In this document: positions 1 to 12,122 of the stretch, one piece after another
How the letters are laid out: the number at the start of each line of letters is the position of its first letter
How positions within the stretch are numbered: the stretch's first letter is position 1
Program-made: the position numbers and the translations under genes
Source of the DNA: Escherichia coli
GTDB taxonomy: Bacteria; Pseudomonadota; Gammaproteobacteria; Enterobacterales; Enterobacteriaceae
DNA: 64,000 bases
NCBI RefSeq assembly: GCF_044324875.1
Contig: NZ_CP172185.1
Direction: 5' to 3' (one strand)
The notes under the pieces: generated by a model
Databases searched by the model: none
Seen by the model: the letters and a program-made list of their open reading frames with translations, nothing else
What the model was told of the DNA's origin: nothing

Positions 1-804
1 GCCGACAAATCCACGTTGCTCAAGAGTGCTCTGCCAACCAGGAATCGGTTTATTCACTACACCCTGCCCACGCTCCTCACGCCATTCGCGCATATCCGTA
101 ATGTCGATGAGCGCACCGTCAGTCACGGCCTGCACGGTTTCACGCTGGCTTCCGGCACGGCGATGCATACAGGTGGTGATCTGCAAAGGACCGGCCGAAA
201 AATGGTGCTCGGCAAACAGCATTTCGCCAGCGTCATTAGTCAGTAGCGTACCGCCATCCAGAGAGGCTTTGCCGCCCGACAACCACAGCGCGGTATCCAC
301 CACATGCAGATAATCATCCAGCAACGTGAAATAAAGATCGTGTGGCCCGACGCTATTGCTACGATGTTTATCCATTCTTAGCGAGGCTGCGGTGGCGAGT
401 TGCGTTTTTAACTCACCGTAGAGTGGTGCGAAACGACGGTTAAAACCGACCATCAACGTCAGTTTTTTCCGCGCCGCAAGTTCCACCAGCCGTTCAGCAT
501 CGCGCAGATTTTCTGCCAGCGGTTTATCGACACAGACATGTACCCCCGCATTGAGTAACGTACTGACCACGTCAAAGTGGCTGGCGGTGCTGGAATGCAC
601 AAAAACCGCATCGCAACTGGCGGCAAGGCTGGATAACGAATCGGCATAAGGAATGCGCCAGCTTTCACAAATTGGCAGGGCTTTCGCGCGCGTAGGCGAC
701 CAGGCTCCTTGTAACATCCAGTCAGACGCTGCCGCCAGCACCGGTAACCACGCTTTTTGCGCAATGCCGCCTAATCCCACTACGCCGATACGTAATTTTT
801 TCAC
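1..804 (-). CDS. yceM: Gfo/Idh/MocA-type oxidoreductase YceM (MviM); 3' end cut by window edge
   Basis: Open - strand frame from GTG (804-802) to base 1. It is absent from the ORF track because no stop lies in the window. N-terminus VKKLRIGVVGLGGIAQKAW has a Rossmann GxGxxG. Matches recalled YceM and its position beside yceH. Confidence 0.85.
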   Translation of the reverse strand, partial: MKKLRIGVVGLGGIAQKAWLPVLAAASDWMLQGAWSPTRAKALPICESWRIPYADSLSSLAASCDAVFVHSSTASHFDVVSTLLNAGVHVCVDKPLAENLRDAERLVELAARKKLTLMVGFNRRFAPLYGELKTQLATAASLRMDKHRSNSVGPHDLYFTLLDDYLHVVDTALWLSGGKASLDGGTLLTNDAGEMLFAEHHFSAGPLQITTCMHRRAGSQRETVQAVTDGALIDITDMREWREERGQGVVNKPIPGWQSTLEQRGFVG

Positions 805-805
805 T

Positions 806-2048
<1,243 letters not shown>

Positions 2049-2283
2049 TCTATACCTACTCCTTCCCGTAACGTCTTTAATACGCTGTAAGTATTACTAT
2101 ACCTGCGCAACCAGACCCTGTGAAAAGTCCAGAATGCCATTTTCTGCATTATTCACATATTTGATAAAAACTCTCTATCAAAGCGACGTTTTGATAAAAA
2201 AATATTGTCCCCGAAGTGATGGGAAAAGTCTTAGCGGCAATGCAGAATAGAAAGTGCTCATCTTTTATTTCCCGGGAGGGGAA

Positions 2284-3492
2284 ATGTCCCGCGTGTCGCA
2301 GGCGAGGAACCTGGGTAAATATTTCCTGCTCATCGATAATATGCTGGTCGTGCTGGGGTTCTTTGTTGTCTTCCCGCTGATCTCTATCCGCTTCGTTGAT
2401 CAAATGGGCTGGGCCGCCGTCATGGTCGGTATTGCCCTCGGCCTACGCCAGTTTATTCAGCAAGGTCTGGGTATTTTCGGCGGAGCAATTGCCGACCGCT
2501 TTGGTGCCAAACCGATGATTGTTACCGGTATGCTGATGCGTGCCGCCGGATTCGCCACAATGGGTATCGCCCACGAACCGTGGCTACTGTGGTTTTCATG
2601 CCTGCTTTCGGGACTCGGCGGCACGTTGTTTGATCCGCCGCGTTCGGCGCTGGTGGTGAAATTAATCCGTCCACAGCAGCGTGGTCGTTTTTTCTCGCTG
2701 TTGATGATGCAGGACAGTGCCGGTGCGGTCATTGGCGCATTGTTGGGGAGCTGGCTGTTGCAATACGACTTTCGCCTGGTCTGCGCCACAGGGGCAGTTT
2801 TGTTTGTGCTGTGTGCAGCGTTCAATGCGTGGTTGTTACCGGCATGGAAACTCTCCACCGTACGCACGCCCGTTCGCGAAGGCATGACCCGCGTGATGCG
2901 CGACAAGCGTTTTGTCACCTATGTCCTGACGCTGGCGGGTTACTACATGCTGGCTGTACAAGTGATGCTGATGCTGCCAATTATGGTCAACGACGTGGCG
3001 GGCGCGCCCTCTGCCGTTAAATGGATGTATGCCATTGAAGCGTGTCTGTCGTTAACGTTGCTCTATCCTATCGCCCGCTGGAGTGAAAAGCATTTTCGTC
3101 TGGAACATCGGTTGATGGCTGGGCTGTTGATAATGTCATTAAGCATGATGCCAGTGGGCATGGTCAGCGGCCTGCAACAACTTTTCACCCTGATTTGTCT
3201 GTTTTATATCGGGTCGATCATTGCCGAGCCTGCGCGTGAAACCTTAAGTGCTTCGCTGGCAGACGCAAGAGCTCGCGGCAGCTATATGGGGTTTAGCCGT
3301 CTGGGTCTGGCGATTGGCGGCGCTATTGGTTATATCGGTGGCGGCTGGCTGTTTGACCTGGGCAAATCGGCGCACCAGCCAGAGCTTCCGTGGATGATGC
3401 TGGGCATTATTGGCATCTTCACTTTCCTTGCGCTGGGTTGGCAGTTTAGCCAGAAACGCGCCGCGCGTCGTTTGCTTGAACGCGACGCCTGA
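2284..3492 (+). CDS. mdtH: MFS multidrug efflux transporter MdtH
   Basis: Track ORF 2254..3492 trimmed to ATG 2284 ([19 protein letters not shown]...), giving 402 aa. Multi-TM MFS sequence matching recalled MdtH. Confidence 0.93.
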
Positions 3493-3555
3493 TTTGATAC
3501 TCCCCCCTGACTCCTCCATACTGAAAGTGAACTGACAGCCAAATGGAGGAGTCAC

Positions 3556-4203
3556 GTGAAGCTATACATTTACGATCACTGCCCTTACTGCCTCAAAGCC
3601 CGCATGATTTTCGGCCTGAAAAATATCCCCGTCGAATTACATGTTCTGCTCAACGACGACGCAGAAACACCCACCCGGATGGTCGGTCAAAAACAGGTTC
3701 CCATTCTGCAAAAAGATGACAGCCGCTATATGCCAGAAAGCATGGACATCGTTCACTATGTCGATAAACTCGACGGCAAACCGTTACTGACCGGCAAACG
3801 TTCCCCTGCCATTGAAGAGTGGCTGCGCAAGGTCAATGGCTACGCCAACAAACTGCTGTTGCCGCGTTTTGCCAAATCGGCATTTGATGAGTTTTCTACT
3901 CCCGCCGCGCGCAAATATTTCGTCGACAAGAAAGAGGCCAGCGCGGGTAATTTTGCCGACCTGCTGGCCCACTCTGACGGTCTGATTAAGAATATCAGCG
4001 ATGATTTACGTGCGCTGGACAAACTGATCGTCAAACCGAACGCCGTGAATGGCGAACTTTCGGAAGATGATATTCAGCTATTTCCGCTCCTGCGTAATCT
4101 GACGCTGGTAGCCGGAATCAACTGGCCAAGCCGCGTTGCTGATTACCGCGATAATATGGCGAAACAGACACAAATCAATTTGTTATCATCAATGGCGATT
4201 TAA
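3556..4203 (+). CDS. grxB: glutaredoxin 2
   Basis: 215 aa with a GTG start. CPYC redox motif at residues 9-12 (MKLYIYDHCPYCLKARM...). Matches recalled GrxB. Confidence 0.95.
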   Translation: MKLYIYDHCPYCLKARMIFGLKNIPVELHVLLNDDAETPTRMVGQKQVPILQKDDSRYMPESMDIVHYVDKLDGKPLLTGKRSPAIEEWLRKVNGYANKLLLPRFAKSAFDEFSTPAARKYFVDKKEASAGNFADLLAHSDGLIKNISDDLRALDKLIVKPNAVNGELSEDDIQLFPLLRNLTLVAGINWPSRVADYRDNMAKQTQINLLSSMAI

Positions 4204-4336
4204 TCCTGACCCGCCGCGGCAGCCTGTATTCGCGGGTTGCCGCCGTTTTCAGTTTTTTCTGCTGGCGCGTTTATCGCTGGTGACACATGCTGCGTTGTGT
4301 CAGGATATTGACGCAGATTTCATGTCGAGGACTACC

Positions 4337-4897
4337 ATGAACAAGTTTTTATTTGCCGCTGCATTGATCGTCAGTGGCCTGCTCGTTGGCTGTAATCAAC
4401 TCACCCAATACACCATCACCGAACAAGAAATTAACCAGTCGCTTGCGAAACATAATAATTTCTCAAAAGATATCGGTTTACCCGGCGTGGCTGACGCCCA
4501 TATTGTTCTGACAAACCTGACCAGCCAAATTGGTCGCGAAGAGCCGAATAAGGTTACCCTAACCGGAGACGCCAATCTGGACATGAACTCCCTGTTCGGT
4601 AGCCAGAAAGCGACCATGAAACTGAAGCTGAAAGCGCTGCCCGTGTTTGATAAAGAAAAAGGTGCGATCTTCCTGAAAGAGATGGAAGTGGTCGATGCGA
4701 CGGTACAACCGGAAAAAATGCAAACGGTGATGCAAACGTTGCTCCCCTATTTGAACCAGGCATTACGCAATTACTTTAACCAGCAACCAGCTTACGTCCT
4801 GCGCGAAGATGGCAGCCAGGGCGAAGCAATGGCGAAGAAACTGGCGAAAGGCATTGAAGTGAAGCCAGGCGAAATTGTCATTCCGTTTACTGATTAA
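4337..4897 (+). CDS. yceB: lipoprotein YceB (DUF1439)
   Basis: Track ORF 4136..4897 trimmed to ATG 4337. MNKFLFAAALIVSGLLVGC has a lipobox. 186 aa. Confidence 0.9.
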   Translation: MNKFLFAAALIVSGLLVGCNQLTQYTITEQEINQSLAKHNNFSKDIGLPGVADAHIVLTNLTSQIGREEPNKVTLTGDANLDMNSLFGSQKATMKLKLKALPVFDKEKGAIFLKEMEVVDATVQPEKMQTVMQTLLPYLNQALRNYFNQQPAYVLREDGSQGEAMAKKLAKGIEVKPGEIVIPFTD

Positions 4898-4902
4898 TCA
4901 CG

Positions 4903-4928
4903 AGGGCGCATTCGCGCCCTTTATTTTT
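4903..4928 (+). terminator. rho-independent terminator after yceB
   Basis: Stem AGGGCGC/GCGCCCT with loop ATTC, followed by TTATTTTT. Confidence 0.75.
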
Positions 4929-5002
4929 CGTGCAAAGGAAAACGTTTCCGCTTATCCTTTGTGTCCGGCAAAAACATCCCTTCAGCCGGAGCATAGAGAT
5001 TA

Positions 5003-6049
5003 ATGACTGCACCATCCCAGGTATTAAAGATCCGCCGCCCAGACGACTGGCACCTTCACCTCCGCGATGGCGACATGTTAAAAACTGTCGTGCCGTATAC
5101 CAGCGAAATTTATGGACGGGCTATCGTAATGCCCAATCTGGCTCCGCCCGTGACCACCGTTGAGGCTGCCGTGGCTTATCGCCAGCGTATTCTTGACGCC
5201 GTACCTGCCGGGCACGATTTCAGCCCGCTGATGACCTGTTATTTGACAGATTCACTAGACCCTAATGAGCTTGAGCGTGGATTTAACGAAGGCGTGTTCA
5301 CCGCTGCCAAACTTTACCCGGCAAACGCAACCACTAACTCCAGTCACGGCGTGACGTCAGTTGACGCAATCATGCCGGTACTTGAGCGCATGGAAAAAAT
5401 CGGTATGCCGTTACTGGTGCATGGTGAAGTGACACATGCAGATATCGACATTTTTGATCGTGAAGCGCGCTTTATTGAAAGCGTGATGGAACCGCTGCGC
5501 CAGCGCCTGACTGCGCTGAAAGTCGTTTTTGAGCACATCACCACCAAAGATGCTGCCGACTATGTCCGTAACGGAAATGAACGGCTGGCTGCCACCATCA
5601 CTCCGCAGCATCTGATGTTTAACCGCAACCATATGCTGGTTGGTGGCGTGCGTCCACACCTGTATTGTCTACCCATCCTCAAACGCAATATTCACCAACA
5701 GGCACTGCGTGAACTGGTCGCCAGCGGTTTTAATCGCGTATTCCTCGGTACGGATTCTGCGCCGCATGCACGTCATCGCAAAGAGAGCAGCTGCGGCTGC
5801 GCGGGCTGCTTCAACGCCCCCACCGCGCTGGGCAGTTACGCTACCGTCTTTGAAGAGATGAATGCTCTGCAGCACTTTGAAGCATTCTGTTCTGTAAACG
5901 GCCCGCAGTTCTATGGCTTGCCGGTCAACGACACATTCATCGAACTGGTCCGCGAAGAGCAACAGGTTGCTGAAAGCATCGCATTGACTGATGACACACT
6001 GGTGCCATTCCTCGCCGGGGAAACGGTACGCTGGTCCGTTAAACAATAA
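5003..6049 (+). CDS. pyrC: dihydroorotase
   Basis: 348 aa. Metal-binding HxH motif in [13 protein letters not shown]. Matches recalled PyrC end to end. Confidence 0.97.
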   Translation: MTAPSQVLKIRRPDDWHLHLRDGDMLKTVVPYTSEIYGRAIVMPNLAPPVTTVEAAVAYRQRILDAVPAGHDFSPLMTCYLTDSLDPNELERGFNEGVFTAAKLYPANATTNSSHGVTSVDAIMPVLERMEKIGMPLLVHGEVTHADIDIFDREARFIESVMEPLRQRLTALKVVFEHITTKDAADYVRNGNERLAATITPQHLMFNRNHMLVGGVRPHLYCLPILKRNIHQQALRELVASGFNRVFLGTDSAPHARHRKESSCGCAGCFNAPTALGSYATVFEEMNALQHFEAFCSVNGPQFYGLPVNDTFIELVREEQQVAESIALTDDTLVPFLAGETVRWSVKQ

Positions 6050-6083
6050 AAATCCTAGCTTCCTGTTGTCATTAGGTTATTTT

Positions 6084-6103
6084 ACCTGTATAAATAACCA
6101 GTA
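6084..6103 (+). promoter_or_regulatory. LexA (SOS) box of dinI
   Basis: ACCTGTATAAATAACCAGTA fits CTGT-N8-ACAG. It lies 20 nt upstream of the dinI ATG. Confidence 0.8.
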
Positions 6104-6122
6104 TATTCAACAGGGGGCTATT

Positions 6123-6368
6123 ATGCGAATTGAAGTCACCATAGCGAAAACTTCTCCATTGCCAGCTGGGGCTATTGACGCCCTGGCTGGCGAACTTTCC
6201 CGCCGTATTCAGTATGCGTTTCCTGATAATGAAGGCCACGTATCGGTACGTTATGCCGCAGCGAATAATTTATCGGTTATTGGCGCAACAAAAGAAGATA
6301 AACAGCGCATTAGCGAAATTCTCCAGGAAACGTGGGAAAGCGCCGATGACTGGTTTGTCAGCGAATAA
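6123..6368 (+). CDS. dinI: DNA damage-inducible protein I
   Basis: Track ORF 5991..6368 trimmed to ATG 6123. 81 aa, MRIEVTIAKTSPLPAGAIDALAGEL..., matches recalled DinI. Confidence 0.95.
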   Translation: MRIEVTIAKTSPLPAGAIDALAGELSRRIQYAFPDNEGHVSVRYAAANNLSVIGATKEDKQRISEILQETWESADDWFVSE

Positions 6369-6389
6369 TATGCAGTGATTTTTGTTTTT

Positions 6390-6412
6390 GCCGGGTCGCC
6401 CCGGCTTTTTTA
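6390..6412 (+). terminator. rho-independent terminator after dinI
   Basis: GCCGGG-tcgc-CCCGGC followed by TTTTTT. Confidence 0.75.
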
Positions 6413-6657
6413 TTTTACTTACAAATTTTGAGTACAAAATTTCTACACTTCCTCAAAATAATTGCACAATATGCTAAAAAAATATGAATGACATGCTGTT
6501 TTATTGTTCATATAAATCTTAAAAGCAGAAATTTATCTGTTCCCCCCTTTAAAAATTCGGTGAATACCCTTACTTATTGGTATACTGAAGTTGCTTCAGA
6601 TAAAAACGCATTGAACCTCGAATAACGTTGTCTAGTAACACGAATTAGGGGGCCATG

Positions 6658-6912
6658 ATGGAAAAAAATAATGAAGTCATTCAGACTCATCCGCTCGTAG
6701 GGTGGGACATCAGCACCGTTGATAGCTATGATGCGCTGATGTTGCGTTTGCACTACCAGACCCCAAATAAGTCCGAGCAGGAAGGGACTGAAGTTGGTCA
6801 GACGCTCTGGTTAACCACTGATGTTGCCAGACAATTTATTTCGATATTAGAAGCAGGAATCGCCAAAATTGAATCCGGTGATTTCCCGGTAAACGAGTAT
6901 CGGCGTCATTAA
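6658..6912 (+). CDS. bssS: biofilm regulator BssS
   Basis: 84 aa from the second ATG (the track starts at 6655). MEKNNEVIQTHPLVGWDIS... matches recalled BssS. Confidence 0.9.
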   Translation: MEKNNEVIQTHPLVGWDISTVDSYDALMLRLHYQTPNKSEQEGTEVGQTLWLTTDVARQFISILEAGIAKIESGDFPVNEYRRH

Positions 6913-6934
6913 CATGACATGACCATCCACCCAA

Positions 6935-6958
6935 AAGGCACCTCACCGGTGCCTTTAC
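6935..6958 (+). terminator. putative terminator after bssS
   Basis: AAGGCACC/GGTGCCTT stem. The downstream U-tract is weak (TACCATTT). Confidence 0.5.
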
Positions 6959-7026
6959 CATTTCTGGGTTGTATATCTGCATTCAGTTAATTACTCTGCT
7001 TAAACCATGAGAGCAGAGAGAAAAAA

Positions 7027-8145
7027 ATGAAATACGATCTCATCATTATTGGCAGCGGTTCCGTAGGCGCTGCCGCCGGGTATTATGCAACCCGTGCCGG
7101 TTTAAACGTGCTAATGACCGACGCCCATATGCCACCACATCAACACGGCAGCCACCACGGCGATACGCGATTAATTCGCCATGCTTATGGTGAAGGCGAA
7201 AAGTATGTCCCGCTGGTTCTCCGCGCGCAAACGCTGTGGGATGAACTCTCCCGCCACAACGAAGAAGATCCCATTTTTGTACGCTCTGGCGTCATTAACC
7301 TTGGCCCGGCTGATTCCACATTTCTCGCCAACGTCGCCCACAGCGCCGAACAATGGCAACTCAACGTTGAAAAGCTCGATGCGCAAGGGATTATGGCCCG
7401 CTGGCCGGAAATACGCGTCCCGGACAACTACATCGGCTTATTTGAGACTGATTCCGGTTTTTTGCGCAGCGAACTGGCGATTAAAACCTGGATCCAACTG
7501 GCGAAGGAAGCGGGCTGTGCGCAGCTGTTCAACTGCCCGGTCACCGCAATTCGTCATGACGATGATGGCGTAACTATTGAAACGGCTGACGGTGATTATC
7601 AGGCGAAAAAAGCGATTGTCTGCGCGGGAACATGGGTAAAAGACCTGCTCCCGGAGCTGCCTGTCCAGCCCGTACGCAAAGTATTTGCCTGGTATCAGGC
7701 CGATGGTCGCTATAGCGTGAAGAATAAATTCCCGGCGTTTACCGGTGAACTGCCCAATGGCGATCAATATTATGGTTTTCCGGCAGAAAACGACGCGTTG
7801 AAGATTGGCAAACATAACGGAGGCCAGGTTATCCATTCAGCGGATGAACGTGTTCCGTTTGCGGAAGTGGTCAGCGATGGTTCGGAAGCCTTCCCGTTCT
7901 TGCGCAATGTATTGCCGGGTATCGGTTGCTGCCTGTACGGCGCTGCCTGCACCTATGATAATTCGCCTGACGAAGATTTTATTATCGATACCCTACCCGA
8001 CCACGATAATACACTGCTCATTACCGGCCTGAGTGGGCACGGTTTTAAATTTGCGTCAGTTTTAGGGGAAATAGCTGCCGATTTTGCGCAAGACAAAAAA
8101 AGCGATTTTGATTTGACGCCATTCAGGCTTTCCCGCTTCCAATAA
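7027..8145 (+). CDS. solA: N-methyl-L-tryptophan oxidase
   Basis: 372 aa. FAD-binding GSGSVG at the N-terminus. Matches recalled SolA. Confidence 0.96.
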
Positions 8146-8153
8146 TCATCATT

Positions 8154-8180
8154 ACGGCCTCCAGAATGAGGCCGTTTTTA
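8154..8180 (+). terminator. rho-independent terminator after solA
   Basis: ACGGCCTC-cagaat-GAGGCCGT followed by TTTTT. Confidence 0.7.
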
Positions 8181-8306
8181 CAGGAGTATTTAATGCGTCG
8201 GCTGTTGCACTATCTCATCAATAATATTCGCGAGCATCTGATGCTTTATCTTTTTCTCTGGGGATTGTTGGCAATTATGGATCTGATCTATGTGTTTTAT
8301 TTTTAG
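8166..8306 (+). CDS. yceO: small membrane protein YceO
   Basis: Below the track cutoff. 46 codons, [46 protein letters not shown], as I recall for K-12 YceO. An alternative start is ATG 8193. Confidence 0.6.
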
Positions 8307-8566
8307 TTTTCCGCACTGACATAAACTGACAAATATTTAATCTCCCTTTCATTTAGCGTGAAAAATTGAATGAGATTATTCCTGCTTCTACAGCACTCAC
8401 CAGACATCTCTGATGCTGAACCCACTAAACTTATGAAGATTCTTTCATTATTAATTCAAAATTATTGAAATAAAAATAAATATCATTCAATTTGTTATTT
8501 TTGTGTTGCAATTCATTCTCCGACACGCCATTTTCTTTCTCTCGCAAATTCGTTTTGGATGCACTT

Positions 8567-9133
8567 ATGTCATTCACAAATACCCCTGAACGCTATGGTG
8601 TTATATCTGCGGCCTTCCATTGGCTAAGCGCAATTATTGTCTACGGCATGTTTGCTTTAGGTCTGTGGATGGTCACGCTCAGTTATTACGATGGCTGGTA
8701 TCACAAAGCACCCGAACTGCATAAAAGCATCGGTATTTTGTTAATGATGGGGCTGGTTATTCGCGTTCTGTGGCGCGTCATATCTCCACCGCCGGGTCCG
8801 CTGCAGAGTTATTCGCCCATGACTCGTCTTGGCGCAAAGGCTGGACATCTCGCATTGTACTTATTGCTGTTCGCCATCGGCATCAGCGGCTATCTGATCT
8901 CAACTGCCGATGGTAAACCGATCAGCGTTTTTGGCTGGTTTGACGTCCCCGCGACCCTCGCCGACGCTGGCGCACAGGCTGACTTCGCCGGTGCCCTGCA
9001 TTTTTGGCTCGCGTGGAACGTCGTAGTACTGTCCGTTATGCATGGATTTATGGCCCTGAAGCATCATTTCATCGATAAAGACGACACTCTGAAGCGCATG
9101 CTGGGAAAGTCGTCATCTGACTATGGAGTATAA
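8567..9133 (+). CDS. yceJ: cytochrome b561 family protein YceJ
   Basis: Track ORF 8492..9133 trimmed to ATG 8567 (MSFTNTPERYGVISAAFHWLSA...). 188 aa, 4-TM b561 type. Confidence 0.9.
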   Translation: MSFTNTPERYGVISAAFHWLSAIIVYGMFALGLWMVTLSYYDGWYHKAPELHKSIGILLMMGLVIRVLWRVISPPPGPLQSYSPMTRLGAKAGHLALYLLLFAIGISGYLISTADGKPISVFGWFDVPATLADAGAQADFAGALHFWLAWNVVVLSVMHGFMALKHHFIDKDDTLKRMLGKSSSDYGV

Positions 9134-9136
9134 AAA

Positions 9137-9712
9137 ATGAAAAAAAGCCTGCTTGGTTTAACCTTCGCTTCCCTGATGTTCTCTGCCGGTTCAGCGGTTG
9201 CCGCCGATTACAAAATTGACAAAGAAGGTCAGCACGCCTTTGTTAACTTTCGCATCCAGCATCTTGGCTATAGCTGGTTATATGGCACCTTTAAAGATTT
9301 CGACGGTACTTTTACCTTTGATGAAAAAAATCCGGCTGCCGATAAAGTGAATGTGACAATTAACACCACCAGCGTCGATACTAATCACGCCGAACGCGAT
9401 AAACATCTTCGCAGTGCAGATTTCCTCAATACTGCAAAATATCCACTGGCAACATTCACCTCCACCAGCGTGAAGAAAGACGGTGACGACCTGGATATTA
9501 CCGGCGATCTGACGCTGAATGGCGTAACCAAACCCGTCACGCTGGAAGCGAAATTAATTGGTCAAGGCGACGACCCGTGGGGTGGTAAACGTGCAGGCTT
9601 CGAGGCCGAAGGCAAAATTAAGCTCAAGGACTTCAATATCAAAACAGATTTAGGTCCAGCTTCTCAGGAAGTGGATCTGATTATTTCAGTGGAAGGCGTA
9701 CAGCAGAAGTAA
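9137..9712 (+). CDS. yceI: periplasmic polyisoprenoid-binding protein YceI
   Basis: 191 aa with a signal peptide ([22 protein letters not shown]). Starts 3 nt after the yceJ stop. Confidence 0.95.
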   Translation: MKKSLLGLTFASLMFSAGSAVAADYKIDKEGQHAFVNFRIQHLGYSWLYGTFKDFDGTFTFDEKNPAADKVNVTINTTSVDTNHAERDKHLRSADFLNTAKYPLATFTSTSVKKDGDDLDITGDLTLNGVTKPVTLEAKLIGQGDDPWGGKRAGFEAEGKIKLKDFNIKTDLGPASQEVDLIISVEGVQQK

Positions 9713-9722
9713 GCGTGAAATG

Positions 9723-9747
9723 TTGCCGGATGGCACGCATCCGGCAA
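9723..9747. terminator. hairpin between convergent yceI and trhO
   Basis: TTGCCGGATG-gcacg-CATCCGGCAA palindrome between the two stop codons. Confidence 0.55.
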
Positions 9748-9753
9748 TGATAT

Positions 9754-10806
9754 TTATTCTGTTGGATCAGGAATGCCCAGTGTTGTATTCAGACGTCCAC
9801 GAGACTTATTAAAGATCTTATTGCCATTTTCACGTCCTGCCCGACGGCGTCGCTGTTCTTCAGGCGGTAACGCGCTTTCTTCGCAGCAAATCTCACTACA
9901 ACAACCTTTGTATTTTTCCGCACATACTGGACACTGAATAAAAAGCAGGTGGCAGCCATCATTTTTACAGTTGGTATGGCTGTCGCACGGCGCACCGCAC
10001 TGGTGGCAATGCGCGATAATCTCATCAGATATACGTTCGCCCATCCGCTCGTCAAAAACAAAATTTTTGCCAATAAAACGTACCGGTAAACCCTGCTCGC
10101 GCGCCTTGCGGGCGTATTCAATAATTCCGCCCTCGATATGCCAGACTTTATTGAATCCGTTATGTTTCATCCAGGCACTGGCTTTTTCACAACGAATGCC
10201 GCCGGTGCAGTACATGACGATTTTTTTATCTTTATGTGCCTGCATCATCTCGACTGCTTTTGGCAACTGCTCACGGAAGGTATCTGCCGGAATTTCCAGC
10301 GCGTTTTCAAAGTGCCCCACTTCATACTCATAGTGGTTACGCATGTCGATAAACAATGCATCGGGATCGTCAAGCATGGCGTTCACTTCCGCCGCTTGCA
10401 GATACTCACCCACATTGCTGGCATCGAAGTGAGGATCGTCAATACCGTCGGCAACGATACGATCACGGACCTTCATGCGCAGTACCCAGAAGGATTTCCC
10501 GTCATCATCCAACGCGATATTCAGGCGTAAGCCCTCTAAAGCCGGGTCGAAGGCATAAAGCTGCGCGCGAAATGTTTCAACATTGCTCGCAGGTACGCTG
10601 ATTTGCGCGTTAATGCCCTCATGCGCCAGATACACTCGCCCAAAAACATCCAGCGCGGTAAACAGCTGATATAAAGCGTCACGGGTCGCCTTAGGATCGG
10701 CGATGTGGAAATACTTGTAAAACGAAATGGTGGTTCGCGGTTCGCTCTCAGCCAACATTTTGGCTTTTAACGCGTCGTTGGAAATGCGGTTGTGTAACAC
10801 TGGCAT
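9754..10806 (-). CDS. trhO: tRNA uridine(34) hydroxylase (rhodanese-domain protein YceA)
   Basis: Track ORF extends to 10860. ATG 10806 gives 350 aa ([17 protein letters not shown]...). Rhodanese CTGGIRCE loop and a Cys-rich C-terminus. Confidence 0.93.
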   Translation of the reverse strand: MPVLHNRISNDALKAKMLAESEPRTTISFYKYFHIADPKATRDALYQLFTALDVFGRVYLAHEGINAQISVPASNVETFRAQLYAFDPALEGLRLNIALDDDGKSFWVLRMKVRDRIVADGIDDPHFDASNVGEYLQAAEVNAMLDDPDALFIDMRNHYEYEVGHFENALEIPADTFREQLPKAVEMMQAHKDKKIVMYCTGGIRCEKASAWMKHNGFNKVWHIEGGIIEYARKAREQGLPVRFIGKNFVFDERMGERISDEIIAHCHQCGAPCDSHTNCKNDGCHLLFIQCPVCAEKYKGCCSEICCEESALPPEEQRRRRAGRENGNKIFNKSRGRLNTTLGIPDPTE

Positions 10807-11030
10807 GGTGTACGGTTCCTGCGAGATGGGAAAGTAAAAATCCGCGGCATGATATAGCAATTATCGATAATTAACATCCACACATTTTACGCTACATTTG
10901 CGCATTAAAAATTATTTGTTATTTACAAGCGCGGCAATTTCGCCCAGTCTTCAGCCACAAATTTTGGTTGCGGGCGAAAAAATGCGACAATACATACAAT
11001 TGCCCGTATAGGTTGAAAAACAGGATTGAT

Positions 11031-11951
11031 ATGACGAATCTACCCAAGTTCTCCACCGCACTGCTTCATCCGCGTTATTGGTTAACCTGGTTGGGTATTG
11101 GCGTACTTTGGTTAGTCGTGCAATTGCCCTACCCGGTTATCTACCGCCTCGGTTGTGGATTAGGAAAACTGGCGTTACGTTTTATGAAACGACGCGCAAA
11201 AATTGTGCATCGCAACCTGGAACTGTGCTTCCCGGAAATGAGCGAACAAGAACGCCGTAAAATGGTGGTGAAGAATTTCGAATCCGTTGGCATGGGACTG
11301 ATGGAAACTGGCATGGCGTGGTTCTGGCCGGACCGCAGAATAGCCCGCTGGACGGAAGTGATCGGCATGGAACACATTCGTGACGTGCAGGCGCAAAAAC
11401 GCGGCATCCTGTTAGTTGGCATCCATTTTCTGACACTGGAGCTGGGTGCGCGGCAGTTTGGTATGCAGGAACCGGGGATTGGCGTTTACCGCCCGAACGA
11501 TAATCCACTGATTGACTGGCTACAAACCTGGGGCCGTTTGCGCTCAAATAAATCGATGCTCGACCGCAAAGATTTAAAAGGCATGATTAAAGCCCTGAAA
11601 AAAGGCGAAGTGGTCTGGTACGCACCGGATCATGATTACGGCCCGCGCTCAAGCGTTTTCGTCCCGTTGTTTGCCGTTGAGCAGGCTGCGACCACGACCG
11701 GAACCTGGATGCTGGCACGGATGTCCGGCGCATGTCTGGTGCCCTTCGTTCCACGCCGTAAGCCAGATGGCAAAGGGTATCAGTTGATTATGCTGCCGCC
11801 AGAGTGTTCTCCGCCGCTGGATGATGCCGAAACCACCGCCGCGTGGATGAACAAAGTGGTCGAAAAATGCATCATGATGGCACCAGAGCAGTATATGTGG
11901 TTACACCGTCGCTTTAAAACACGCCCGGAAGGCGTTCCTTCACGCTATTAA
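11031..11951 (+). CDS. lpxL: lipid A biosynthesis lauroyltransferase
   Basis: Track ORF 10968..11951 trimmed to ATG 11031 ([17 protein letters not shown]...). 306 aa, matches recalled LpxL/HtrB. Confidence 0.95.
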
Positions 11952-12122
11952 ATCTCCCATGCCGGATGCTTCAGAAGGGTATCCGGCATTACCACAGCAA
12001 ATCCCCCTGATTTAGCGATAAAAGCTCTCTGGATTGCGCCCCCTGGAAGTCGGGCGCATAATTAGTGTGCTTATCTTTTCTTCTTATGTTCACCGCGCCT
12101 GGCGCACCAACAGCGGATTGCT

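Noticed and set aside
459-764. 101-aa - strand ORF near the window start
   Set aside because: It is in a different frame from the open yceM reading frame, which runs from 804 to base 1 and has the Rossmann N-terminus. It is a shadow ORF.
8154-8200. The annotated-type yceO start codon (8166) lies inside the loop of the solA terminator hairpin
   Set aside because: This is a real sequence feature, but it is the same arrangement I recall for K-12. It mainly questions which yceO start is used (8166 or 8193) and is not novel.
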